Of a DNA stretch of 58,614 nt, positions 35,052 to 48,020 are shown piece by piece (the stretch's first letter is position 1; each line of letters starts with the position of its first letter). The notes under the pieces were generated by a model, which did no database searches, was not told the origin of the DNA, and was given only the letters and a program-made list of their open reading frames with translations. Source of the DNA: Nemertoderma westbladi (taxonomy: Eukaryota; Animalia; Xenacoelomorpha); the NCBI GenBank assembly GCA_032718475.1, contig JAUCBJ010005177.1:1-58614 (forward strand), given 5' to 3'. The position numbers and the translations under genes were made by a program.

Positions 35052-37760
35052 AATTTCATTACTGGATTCCTTATGCGACCAATATGCGTTAGATATCACT
35101 TTTTCACTTGTTACGACCGACCAACTTGCGCTAGTTGGTCACTGCAGTACTGTACTTGCAGACTTGCTAGGCCTATTGTAGGTCAGTTTGTGGAATGTGC
35201 TGATAATCTGCTATTTGTTTTTATTGGTATTTGGGTTAAACTTGTTCCTTATGTTTACTGTAGCCATTTTTAGAGACTAAGAGTATATGTGTAACCTGAA
35301 ATTTATTAGATTATAATTGATAATGTCTTGGAATTTATACAAAATAAGTACCTTCCCTCTAGTTGAATAGTCCGACAGGAACTTACATACAATTGGTTTG
35401 GACATTTTACTGCTATTTTTCTGTGCTTTAATTTTGACATATTAATGTAGGTTTTAATTCTAGTCTCTCTCTACTCAGATTATTGTGCTAGGAACTAGGT
35501 TAATAAGTTAGGGTGGAGGACTATTCGCACAATAAATCATTTACAGTAGATATCATAGTTATCGTGTTTAATCGTATTAATCAATCAGGTTACTAGATTA
35601 TAGGTATATTTTGTAAATAAGTGCGAGTTTAATCAACTTGTTCGGATTAATTTGTTAAATAATAATTAGTAAAACCCATATTGTGTCATTTTCTAGGAAA
35701 ATTGCATCTTCCAATCCCATCTGTTTCTTGGAGTCTGTGTGATACATGCTCGATACGGCGGCGGCGACAGAATCCATATACTGAGAGGTCAGTCTCGGGG
35801 CCGCTCACTCAAATACGTGCACGTTGTGGGTGCCGGCGGTACGCGAGTACACACCACCTTCCTGGCCCGGCTATGGTCATTATGGTCTTGGGTCAGAGGA
35901 CGCGCATACGTTGACCACCAATGTTGCACCCACAGATGACTATTGACACACACTCACACACCGATTACACGAGGCATACAAGGACGGCAGATAAACTGAG
36001 TTATGCAACACCAATATCATATTTTTTATTTAGGTTATGTTACTTATTATTTATTTTGCAGGACGTAAAACCAATTAAGTCTTTCTAATCTATTTGTTGA
36101 TTTTCAGTCTAGTATATTATGTTGTCTCCCCTAAATCCCGTAATAATTCCTATATATCAAAATTTCCGTACTAAAAGTGTTATTTATTTTTTACGCAAAT
36201 TGTGTTATATTGTACGGACATTTGTAGCATATTTGAAATCGTCAAGTTGTATTAATTTTCTAGAATATTAGCTACAGCATTTTTACATAATTATACTAAG
36301 GTAAGGATTCCACATGAACATTATTCTATTGGCCTACAATTATTCTAGAAAATTTTAAGTTTCCCATTTCATTTAGCGCAATGTAGGCTACTATACTATA
36401 CAGAGACTAGGCCATCATAAATAATTTTGAAGTTATTCTGGTATGTATTCAAGGTTATCACTTAGCCACAGTTGTGAAAAAATATAGCACTAAATTTTTT
36501 ATCCTAATTGAGCGACAAGTCGTAATTACGAATGCGGCCCCTTAACTGGGCAACTCTCTCCCTCTCCGCTATATTTTTTACAAATCTTTAATGATATCAG
36601 GAAAACTTTGAAATATAGATAGATATAGATGCACTCGAATTTATCGGTAGGTGGGAGAAATTAACTTTCTCACTACTTACTTTGTCAGCGTTTGCAAAAA
36701 GTGTCTCCTCAATATTGCACCCTTTGTACATCAAGAAATATTGGTATCATTTTGCTGCTTTGTTGTTGCCGCTGGAAAGGCGGCATACAAGAATACAAGA
36801 GTAATGTATGTAAAGTGCAGGCTGAATTAACTGGCATATTGGCATTATTGCATTTCCTCTGATGTTTTGTGTGGCCATTTATTTGGTACGCAGCAAACTT
36901 CGGCCGGAGAAAACTTCACTCTCAAAATGATTATTAGCAACATTGTTTATTGTTTTGGTTAGAAAAAGTCATATGTAACCTGCCGTTTCTGTAATCTGCT
37001 CATTTCCCCCAATCAGACGAAGATTGGACGCGGGTGAAGACGCGCCAAACTATTTATTTAACTAATATTCTTGAAATACAAAACTATTTACATGATTGTG
37101 TGAAAACTAGCACTTCTCAGAGATATGACCCGAGTGTATTTATGTAACGAGCGAGTGAGATTTACATAAATATAAACGCTGTTAACAGAACAGTGCCCTT
37201 TTTACACAATGGCTGAATGATGTATTGGGTGCGTAATTTTGTTACATTATGTAAACTTGTCTGCGTTTTCAACGCTTAAAATTTTTATATTTAATATTGA
37301 AATGTTCACTCTCTAGTGATATAAGTGAAATTGATATCTTTTTTAAGAAATTGCTTGCAGTTATTGTAACAAATGTAACGTAAATAATGTTACACTTACA
37401 GTACAATATGGCTCTCATCGATAGACTGAGAACAGTCAAGACGTTTAGGAGTTTATTGCTATTAAATTATGAATACTTTACAGGGTTCCGTCCTATAGGC
37501 CGCAATGCTGTAAATGGTACCTCGCTCGTTGTGGAGATATCACTAGAACGCTGATAAGTTGTCATAATAATGTAACAAAATACATAATATGTTCTAGAAT
37601 GGTTTGTATGTTAAATAGTCCGATGGCAGAGGTATGAGAATGAAAATGGTGGGAATGGGCGTCGCCTAAATCCTGAGTGCCTTGGAGTGAGTTTCACAAA
37701 ACGGTAGATCCATCTCTTAGAAACGCTGACCAACCATTCTGCCAAATTAATTACAGCTGT

Positions 37761-38260
37761 GTGGGGCGAGCCACGAAGTTGGCGGAGCCTTAGCGAATTG
37801 ACACTGTTAGGGGGTGGGTCAATTTATGCAAATAGTTGTCGTCGTCGTCGTCGTCGTTGTCGTCGTCGTCGTCGTTACGATTTTGACATGCTAATAACTT
37901 TGTCGGATTTAAAGCTGCCAAGTTGAAAATTTGTAGGTATCAATATGAGCAAAAGTTAAGATTTTTGAGAGACTTTCAGACACCATCAGTGCAATGGTCT
38001 CCCGCTAGAGGGCCACATGTCTAAACATTAAACGCCCTCCCATTTCTTTGCTTTTAATCCGTTTAAGCTGAAACTTGGCAGATATGTATTAGACCATTAG
38101 CTGTGACTTTCAAAGGAGGCGAATCCATCTGCAGTTCTACAGTCTGCCGCTAGAGGGCCAAAGGTCTGAAAGTGAAAACAACTAACGACGACAACTATTT
38201 GCATAAATTGACCCACCCCCTAACAGTGTCAATTCGCTAAGGCTTCGCCAACTTCGTGCT
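37761..38260. mobile_element. Family-C element with (GTC)n microsatellite and ~75-bp terminal inverted duplication
   Basis: Homologous to 14031-15040. 37772-37845 is inversely repeated at ~38185-38258. Confidence 0.75.
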
Positions 38261-38726
38261 GCGCGAAGTCCCCACTTCGTGTCACAATGTATCTATAATG
38301 TTCTCCTGTACCACCATATTAAACAAAAAACCCCATGAGAGGATCAGCTTAGCCTGACTTCGCTGAGACCCGAGCCGTGAAATATGTCTTCTGCCAATGA
38401 AGAAAGAGCAACAATGAGTAATAATTCAATTAAACTGATTAGTCTGTCACCTGCCCGCAGTCGAAATATTGAGGGAGGGAATTTTCTACTGTAACATCAT
38501 CAATGGTCAGTCTATTTACATAGAGAAATTAAATAAAAACGCTTAAATTACTTACTGTATTATTACTTGTAATTATTTCCCGCTAAAATATTGAGTTTTT
38601 TTAAATAGAGTCCGTAATAAATACCGTTATTTATATTATCCCCCAAAAATTCCATGCCCCATTTTCTTTACTCTCCCCCAAACAAAACCCTTTTAGAATT
38701 GTTAACCTTCTCAGGGAGACAACACA

Positions 38727-38903
38727 TTTATTGAACTGTTATTTGTTATTTTGTACGGATATTTTGTACGAGTAACTATTATTTCGTCCTCGGACGTGTT
38801 ATAATTCCTCGGCTTCGCATCGGACGTTATAACAGTCCTTGGACGAAATAATAGTTACTCGTACAAAATATCCGTACAAAATAACAAATAACAGTTCAAT
38901 AAA
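38727..38903. repeat. 177-bp palindromic element with perfect 63-bp arms
   Basis: 38727-38789 is the exact reverse complement of 38841-38903. The centre contains CCTCGGCTTCGCATCGG. Confidence 0.93.
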
Positions 38904-40550
38904 GATAGATATAATTAAGACATAATTAAGAATTTAAGAATTAGTAAGCATAGGACTACCCTATAAACCCTATAGTACCCTATACTTACTTAATGTTAAT
39001 AAAACCTCATAACCAACCCCTGGATTTCCATGAATATATATTGTTACACGTTATGGCACTACAAACACTTCGCCAGACAGACCACTACGTCCTAATAGAC
39101 ATCCTTTATAACTCTGCACTATAGAATTAATGAACCATAGTTATACAGAACCCCCACCACCGGGCCCATTTTGGGCAGGGACTACAGCGTAGGAACTATC
39201 GCCGTGGGGGGTCCTGCTTCACACTTAGTATTTCTTTTTGGTAATAGTTTTAAACTATGGACAGGTCGGAAACACCTTTGATATTTTAGTCCAAATGTTA
39301 AGTTTTTATATCCCGTTTCAGCCGAAATTTTAGTATAAAAGGAAGCGGCGACATTAGAGGCGCAATTATTTAAATTAGGGACGCAATAAAACGCACCTTA
39401 ATTGTTGCTTAAATTTTGGACTGAATTACGTAGGTGTTTGCGGAACTATTAGCGCTTTACTTAGGTAAAGGTTGGGTTTAAGGGGGGGGGGGGGGGGGGG
39501 TACACACCCCCCCCCCCCCCCTGAACACTTTTTTTAAATGTCTACAATTTCTGCTAAAATTAAAATATTTTGATTTTATACAGCATGGGCTGTTAAAATA
39601 TGGCTAACATTTATTTTTTCGAAAAATTTTCAAATTTCCAGACGCCCTCTAGCGGCCATTGGATGAAACAATCAGAAGTTATCAGAAACCAATTTTTTTC
39701 TAATTACGGAGGTGAGCTCCACAAAAGTTAGGTTAAAAGTTTTACTTTTGCCTTTTTATGAAAATTTATTAAAATTAATATTTGGCAAAATTTTAAAAAT
39801 TTTTGGCTTTTAATATGAAAAATTGGCTGTAAAAACAGAAATATAAAAATTCCAACCGATAACTTTTAAAGAACTGCCGAAACCCTTTCAAATTATCCAA
39901 AAATAAAGAAAATTGATTAAAAAATGGTCGAGCAGTAAGTAGTATATAATTTTAAAAATGAAAAATGTCATTCCAAGATAATATTTGCCTTCAAACTTTA
40001 AACCTTCCAGCCAGAACTGGCTGTCTGTGGTCTGGTTGGTTAATTATTTCAGGCATGATACAGTTCATTGGTGTCATTGGGTTTCATTGGGGTTTAATTT
40101 CTCTCGTTTATTTTATTTTAGTACATAAGTTAAGTGATTGAAAAGAAACCTCTCAGTACTATTTTCGCGGACAAAATATTAGCCAGAACGTTATTCATTC
40201 ATTTATTTTGATTAGCTGATATCAACAGCTATTTGAACCAGGTTTTGCACATTCGGTATTCAACTTTATTTAGATATTTTCGGATAAAATTATAAAATTG
40301 AATTGACCCGCGCCCTTGCACGCGCTCTCAACTACAGATTGTCTGTCGGTTAGTAAGGCTTCATGTTAGCAGTGGTTGGCGGACCTTAGTGGGAAGACTA
40401 CTGTATAAAATTAGACCGGTAGTTGAGACCGAATTTAGAACGGCTCGATCTTATTAGACCTTCGCACCCCTGGATATCAGAGCGTCCAGCGAAGAACTTC
40501 TAGACTCTCGAGATACAAAGTAAGAACTCTTGTGGATTCGGTTCTTGACG

Positions 40551-43500
40551 GATCTTCCACAGTAAACCCTTCCTCTCTGTTTCCTAAAGGAAATACTGTT
40601 CACCACCCTGGGTGATCTTCCACAGTAAACCCTTCCACTCTGTTTCCTAAAGGAATGCCTGTTCACCACCATGAGTGATCTTCCACAGTAAACCCTTCCA
40701 CTCTGTTTCCTAAAGGAATGCCTGTTCACCACCATGGGTGATCTTCCACAGTAAACCCTACCTCTGTTTCCTAAAGGAATGCCTGTTCACCACCATGGTG
40801 ATCTTCCACAGTAAACCCTTCCACTCTGTTTCCTAAAGGAATGCCTGTTCACCACCATGGTGATCTTCCACAGTAAACCCTTCCACTCTGTTTCCTAAAG
40901 GAATGCCTGTTCACCCCCATAGGTGATCTTCCACAGTAAACCCTTCCTCTCTGTTTCCTAAAGGAAATACTGTTCACCACCCTGGGTGATCTTCCACAGT
41001 AAACCCTTCCACTCTGTTTCCTAAAGGAATGCCTGTTCACCACCATGGCTGATCTTCCACCGTAAACCCTTCCACTCTGTTTCCTAAAGGAATGCCTGTT
41101 CACCACCATGGGTGATCTTCCACAGTAAACCCTTCCACTCTGTTTCCTAAAGGAATGCCTGTTCACCCCCATAGGTGATCTTCCACAGTAAACCCTTCCA
41201 ACTCTGTTTCCTAAAGGAATCCCTGTTCACCACCATGGGTGATCTTCCACAGTAAACCCTTCCACTATGTTTCCTAAAGGAATGCCTGTTCACCCCCATG
41301 GGTGATCTTCCACAGTAAACCCTTCCACTCTGTTTCCTAAAGGAATGCCTGTTCACCACCATGGGTGTCTTCATCTTCCACAGTAAACCCTTCCACTCTG
41401 TTTCCTAAAGGAATGCCTGTTCACCACCATGGGTGATCTTCATCTTCCACAGTAAACCCTTCCACTCTGTTTCCTAAAGGAATGCCTGTTCACCACCATG
41501 GGTGATCTTCATTTTCCACAGTAAACCCTTCCACTCTGTTTCCTAAAGGAATGCCTGTTCACCCCCATGGGTGATCTTCCACAGTAAACCCTTCCAACTC
41601 TGTTTCCTAAAGGAATCCCTGTTCACCACCATGGGTGATCTTCCACAGTAAACCCTTCCACTCTGTTTCCTAAAGGAATGCCTGTTCACCCCCATAGGTG
41701 ATCTTCCACAGTAAACCCTTCCAACTCTGTTTCCTAAAGGAATCCCTGTTCACCACCATGGGTGATCTTCCACAGTAAACCCTTCCACTATGTTTCCTAA
41801 AGGAATGCCTGTTCACCCCCATAGGTGATCTTCCACAGTAAACCCTTCCACTCTGTTTCCTAAAGGAAATGCCTGTTCACCACCATGGGTGATCTTCATC
41901 TTCCACAGTAAACCCTTCCACTTTGTTTCCTAAAGGAATGCCTGTTCACCACCATGGGTGATCTTCATCTTCCACAGTAAACCCTTCCACTCTGTTTCCT
42001 AAAGGAATGCCTGTTCACCACCATGGGTGATCTTCATCTTCCACAGTAAACCCTTCCACTCTGTTTCCTAAAGGAATGCCTGTTCACCACCATGGGTGAT
42101 CTTCATTTTCCACAGTAAACCCTTCCACTCTGTTTCCTAAAGGAATGCCTGTTCACCACCATGGGTGATCTTCCACAGTAAACCCTTCCACTCTGTTTCC
42201 TAAAGGAATGCCTGTTCACCACCATGGGTGATCTTCCACAATAAACCCTTCCACTCTGTTTCCTAAAGGAATGACTGTTCACCCCCATAGGTGATCTTCC
42301 ACAGTAAACCCTTCCACTCTGTTTCCTAAAGGAATACCTGTTCACCCCCATAGGTGATCTTCCACAGTAAACCCTTCCAACTCTGTTTCCTAAAGGAATG
42401 CCTGTTCACCCCCATAGGTGATCTTCCACAGTAAACCCTTCCACTCTGTTTCCTAAAGGAATGCCTGTTCACCACCATGGTGATCTTCCACAGTAAACCC
42501 TTACACTCTCCTAAAGGAAATACTGTTCACCACCATGGGTGATCTTCCACAGTAAACCCTTCCAACTCTGTTTCCTAAAGGAATCCCTGTTCACCACCAT
42601 GGGTGATCTTCCACAGTAAACCCTTCCACTCTGTTTCCTAAAGGAATGCCTGTTCACCCCCATAGGTGATCTTCCACAATAAACCCTTCCACTCTGTTTC
42701 CTAAAAGAATGCCTGTTCACCACCATGGGTGATCTTCCACAGTAAACCCTTCCACACTGTTTCCTAAAGGAATCCCTGTTCACCACCATGGGTGATCTTC
42801 CACAATAAACCCTTCCACTCTGTTTCCTAAAGGAATGCCTGTTCACCCCCATAGGTGATCTTCCACAATAAACCCTTCCACTCTGTTTCCTAAAAGAATG
42901 CCTGTTCACCACCATGGGTGATCTTCCACAGTAAACCCTTCCACACTGTTTCCTAAAGGAATGCCTGTTCACCCCCATAGGTGATCTTCCACAGTAAACC
43001 CTTCCACTCTGTTTCCTAAAGGAATGACTGTTCACCCCCATAGGTGATCTTCCACGGTAAACCCTTACTCTGTTTCCCAAAGGAATGCCTGTTCACCACC
43101 ATGGGTGATCTTCCACAGTAAACCCTTCCAACTCTGTTTCCTAAAGGAATGCCTGTTCACCACCATGGGTGATCTTCCACAGTAAAGCCTTCACTCTGTT
43201 TCCTAAAGGAATGCCTGTTCATCAACATAGGTGATCTTCCACAATAAACCCTACCACTCTGTTTCCTAAAGGAATGACTGTTCACCGTCACCACCATGGG
43301 TGATCTTCCACAGTAAACCCTTACACTCCCCTAAAGGAAATACTGTTCACCACCATGGGTGATCTTCCACAGTAAACCCTTCCACTCTGTTTCCTAAAGG
43401 AATGCCTGTTCACCATCATGGGTGATCTTCCACAGTAAACTCTTACACTATGTTTCCTAAAGGAATACCTGTTCACCCCCATAGGTGATCTTCCACAGTA

Positions 43501-46500
43501 AACCCTTCCAACTCTGTTTCCTAAAGGAATCCCTGTTCACCACCATGGGTGATCTTCCACAGTAAACCCTTCCACTCTGTTTCCTAAAGGAATACCTGTT
43601 CACCCCCATAGGTGATCTTCCACAGTAAACCCTTCCAACTCTGTTTCCTAAAGGCATCCCTGTTCACCACCATGGGTGATCTTCCACAGTAAACCCTTCC
43701 ACTCTGTTTCCTAAAGGAATGCCTGTTCACCCCCATAGGTGATCTTCCACAGTAAACCCTTCCACTCTGTTTCCTAAAGGAATGACTGTTCACCCCCATA
43801 GGTGATCTTCCACAGTAAACCCTTACACTGTTTCCTAAAGGAATGCCTGTTCACCACCATGGGTGATCTTCCACAGTAAACCCTTACACTCTCCTAAAGG
43901 AAATACTGTTCACCACCATGGGTGATCTTCCACAGTAAAGCCTTCACTCTGTTTCCTAAAGGAATGCCTGTTCACCACCATAGGTGATCTTCCACAGTAA
44001 ACTCTGCCACTCTGTTTCCTAAAGGAATGACTGTTCACCATCACCACCATGGGTGATCTTCCACAGTAAACCCTTACACTCTCCTAAAGGAAATACTGTT
44101 CACCACCATGGGTGATCTTCCACATTAAAACCTTCCACTCTGTTTCCTGAAGGAATGCCTGTTCACCACCACGGGTTATCTTCCACAATAAACCATTCCA
44201 CTCTGTTTCCTAAAGGTATACCTGTTCACCACTATGGGTGATCTTCCACTGTAAACTCTGCCACTCTGTTTCCTAAAGGAATGACTGTTCACCATCACCA
44301 CCATGGGTGATCTTCCACAGTAAACCCTTACACTCTCCTAAAGGAAATACTGTTCACCACCATGGGTGATCTTCCACATTAAAACCTTCCACTCTGTTTC
44401 CTGAAGGAATGCCTGTTCACCACCACGGGTTATCTTCCACAATAAACCATTCCACTCTGTTTCCTAAAGGTATACCTGTTCACCACTATGGGTGATCTTC
44501 CACTGTAAACCCTTCCACTATGTTTCCTAAAGGAATACCTGTTCACCACTATGGGTGAACTTCCACAGTAAACCCTTCCAACTCTGTTTCCTAAAGGAAT
44601 GCCTGTTCACCACCACGGGTTATCTTCCACAGTAAACCCTTCCAACTCTGTTTCCTAAAGGAATACCTGTTCACCACCATGGGTGATCTTCCACATTAAA
44701 ACCTTCCAACTCTGTTTCCTAAAGGAATACCTGTTCACCACTATGGGTGACCTTCCACAGTAAACCCTTCCAACTCTGTTTCCTAAAGGAATGCCTGTTC
44801 ACCACCACGGGTTATCTTCCACAGTAAACCCTTCCACACTGTTTCCTAAAGGAATACCTGTTCACCACTATGGGTGATCTTCCACAGTAAACCCTTCCAC
44901 TATGTTTCCTAAAGGAATGACTGTTCACCACCATGGGTGATCTTCCACAGTAAACCCTTCCACTATGTTTCCTAAAGGAATACCTGTTCACCACCATGGG
45001 TGATCTTCCACAGTAAAACCTTCCACTCTGTTTCCTAAAGGAAATACTGTTCACCACCATGGGTGATCTTCCACAGTAAACCCTTACACTGTTTCCTAAA
45101 GGAATACCTGTTCACCACCATGGGTGACCTTCCACAGTAAACCCTTCCACTCTGTTTCATAAAGGAATGCCTGTTCACCACCATGGTGACCTTCCACAGT
45201 AAACCCTTCCAACTCTGTTTCCTAAAGGAATGACTGTTCACCACCATGGGTGATCTTCCACAGTAAACCCTTCCAACTCTGTTTCCTAAAGGAATACCTG
45301 TTCACCACCATGGGTGATCTTCCACAGTAAACCCTTCCAACTCTGTTTCCTAAAGGAATACCTGTTCACCACCATGGTGACCTTCCACAGTAAACCCTTC
45401 CAACTCTGTTTCCTAAAGGAATGACTGTTCACCACCATGGGTGATCTTCCACAGTAAACCCTTCCAACTCTGTTTCCTAAAGGAATACCTGTTCACCACC
45501 AGGGCTGATCTTCCACAGTAAACCCTTCCAACTCTGTTTCCTAAAGGAATGCCTGTTCACCACCACGGGTTATCTTCCACAGTAAACCCTTCCACACTGT
45601 TTCCTAAAGGAATACCTGTTCACCACTATGGGTGATCTTCCACAGTAAACCCTTCCACTATGTTTCCTAAAGGAATGACTGTTCACCACCATGGGTGATC
45701 TTCCACAGTAAACCCTTCCACTATGTTTCCTAAAGGAATACCTGTTCACCACCATGGGTGATCTTCCACAGTAAAACCTTCCACTCTGTTTCCTAAAGGA
45801 AATACTGTTCACCACCATGGGTGATCTTCCACAGTAAACCCTTCCACACTGTTTCCTAAAGGAATACCTGTTCACCACTATGGGTGATCTTCCACAGTAA
45901 ACCCTTCCACTATGTTTCCTAAAGGAATACCTGTTCACCACCATGGTGACCTTCCACAGTAAACCCTTCCAACTCTGTTTCCTAAAGGAATGACTGTTCA
46001 CCACCATGGGTGATCTTCCACAGTAAACCCTTCCAACTCTGTTTCCTAAAGGAATACCTGTTCACCACCATGGGTGATCTTCCACAGTAAACCCTTCCAA
46101 CTCTGTTTCCTAAAGGAATGACTGTTCACCACCATGGGTGATCTTCCACAGTAAACCCTTCCAACTCTGTTTCCTAAAGGAATACCTGTTCACCACCATG
46201 GGTGATCTTCCACAGTAAACCCTTCCAACTCTGTTTCCTAAAGGAATACCTGTTCACCACCATGGTGACCTTCCACAGTAAACCCTTCCAACTCTGTTTC
46301 CTAAAGGAATGACTGTTCACCACCATGGGTGATCTTCCACAGTAAACCCTTCCAACTCTGTTTCCTAAAGGAATACCTGTTCACCACCAGGGCTGATCTT
46401 CCACAGTAAACCCTTCCAACTCTGTTTCCTAAAGGAATGCCTGTTCACCACCACGGGTTATCTTCCACAGTAAACCCTTCCACACTGTTTCCTAAAGGAA

Positions 46501-47312
46501 TACCTGTTCACCACTATGGGTGATCTTCCACAGTAAACCCTTCCACTATGTTTCCTAAAGGAATGACTGTTCACCACCATGGGTGATCTTCCACAGTAAA
46601 CCCTTCCACTATGTTTCCTAAAGGAATACCTGTTCACCACCATGGGTGATCTTCCACAGTAAAACCTTCCACTCTGTTTCCTAAAGGAAATACTGTTCAC
46701 CACCATGGGTGATCTTCCACAGTAAACCCTTACACTGTTTCCTAAAGGAATACCTGTTCACCACCATGGGTGACCTTCCACAGTAAACCCTACCACTCTG
46801 TTTCATAAAGGAATGCCTGTTCACCACCATGGTGACCTTCCACAGTAAACCCTTCCAACTCTGTTTCCTAAAGGAATGACTGTTCACCACCATGGGTGAT
46901 CTTCCACAGTAAACCCTTCCAACTCTGTTTCCTAAAGGAATACCTGTTCACCACCATGGGTGATCTTCCACAGTAAACCCTTCCAACTCTGTTTCCTAAA
47001 GGAATACCTGTTCACCACCATGGTGACCTTCCACAGTAAACCCTTCCAACTCTGTTTCCTAAAGGAATGACTGTTCACCACCATGGGTGATCTTCCACAG
47101 TAAACCCTTACACTCTGTTTCCTAAAGGAATGCCTGTTCACCACCATGGATGATCTTCCACAGTAAACCCTTCCACTATGTTTCCTAAAGGAATGCCTGT
47201 TCACCACCATGGGTGATCTTCCACAGTAAACCCTTCCAACTCTGTTTCCTAAAGGAATGACTGTTCACCACCATGGGTGATCTTCCACCGTAAACCATTC
47301 CAACTCTGTTTC
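40551..47312. repeat. 63-bp minisatellite array (~107 copies, 6.8 kb)
   Basis: Consensus GATCTTCCACAGTAAACCCTTCCACTCTGTTTCCTAAAGGAATGCCTGTTCACCACCATGGGT, with 62/64-bp and other indel variants. Confidence 0.98.
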
Positions 47313-48020
47313 AAAGAAATGAATGCAGTGAATTGGGCAAAGAAACTCGAACGAAAGCAGAAGAGGACATTTTTAGGATTATTCATGATAAAAGTAGGGT
47401 TCCCGAATAACATAACATTATATTAAAGGGAGAGGGGGAGGGGGGGGGGGGGGCTATTATTAACTCCGACATTACTGTCATTACTTTTCAATTTAAATTA
47501 TAAATATGTGGGGTTTTAAACTAACCAATAATGTTAAAGAATAAAAATGAAAATAAATCGTAATTCTTGTCGTAAATACTCATTAAGAATGACGTGTCAC
47601 TACAAAAATCGCATAAAGAGAATTTTCTATTATAAATTATGCCGTATAATAGTACTATTATTATGAATAAATATTTTTAAGTACTATTTATATGATATTC
47701 ATTGTTACAAGTTACATCAAGGTAATAATGCACCAATTGGTTAAAAGGCAAATATAAGCTGAACCTAGGTACATAATAAAGAAATATAAACCATACGAAA
47801 GTATACTTTAGTAACCATAGTAACTTAACTATACTAACCATACTTATAGTACATTAGTTGACATAGTAACCAATAACCTTTAGTACAATGAGAAAGGAAA
47901 ATGTTTAATTAAATTCTAATCACCCAAATCCAATGTTGAAGACGGAAGGCTAATGTAAAACTAATAATAATCAACCGAATAGCAAAGTAGTAATGAATAA
48001 ATACGAGTAATTTTAAAGCA

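Noticed and set aside
39478-40010. Possible TTAA-targeting DNA transposon end (TTAAGGGG...TACAC)
   Set aside because: No matching second terminus or TSD found.
40454-47210. Repeat protein or zinc-finger-like ORFs (MVVNRHSFRKQSGRVYCGRSP)n
   Set aside because: The unit is 63 bp, not the 84 bp of C2H2 fingers, and frequent 1-bp indels break the frame, so it is a non-coding satellite.
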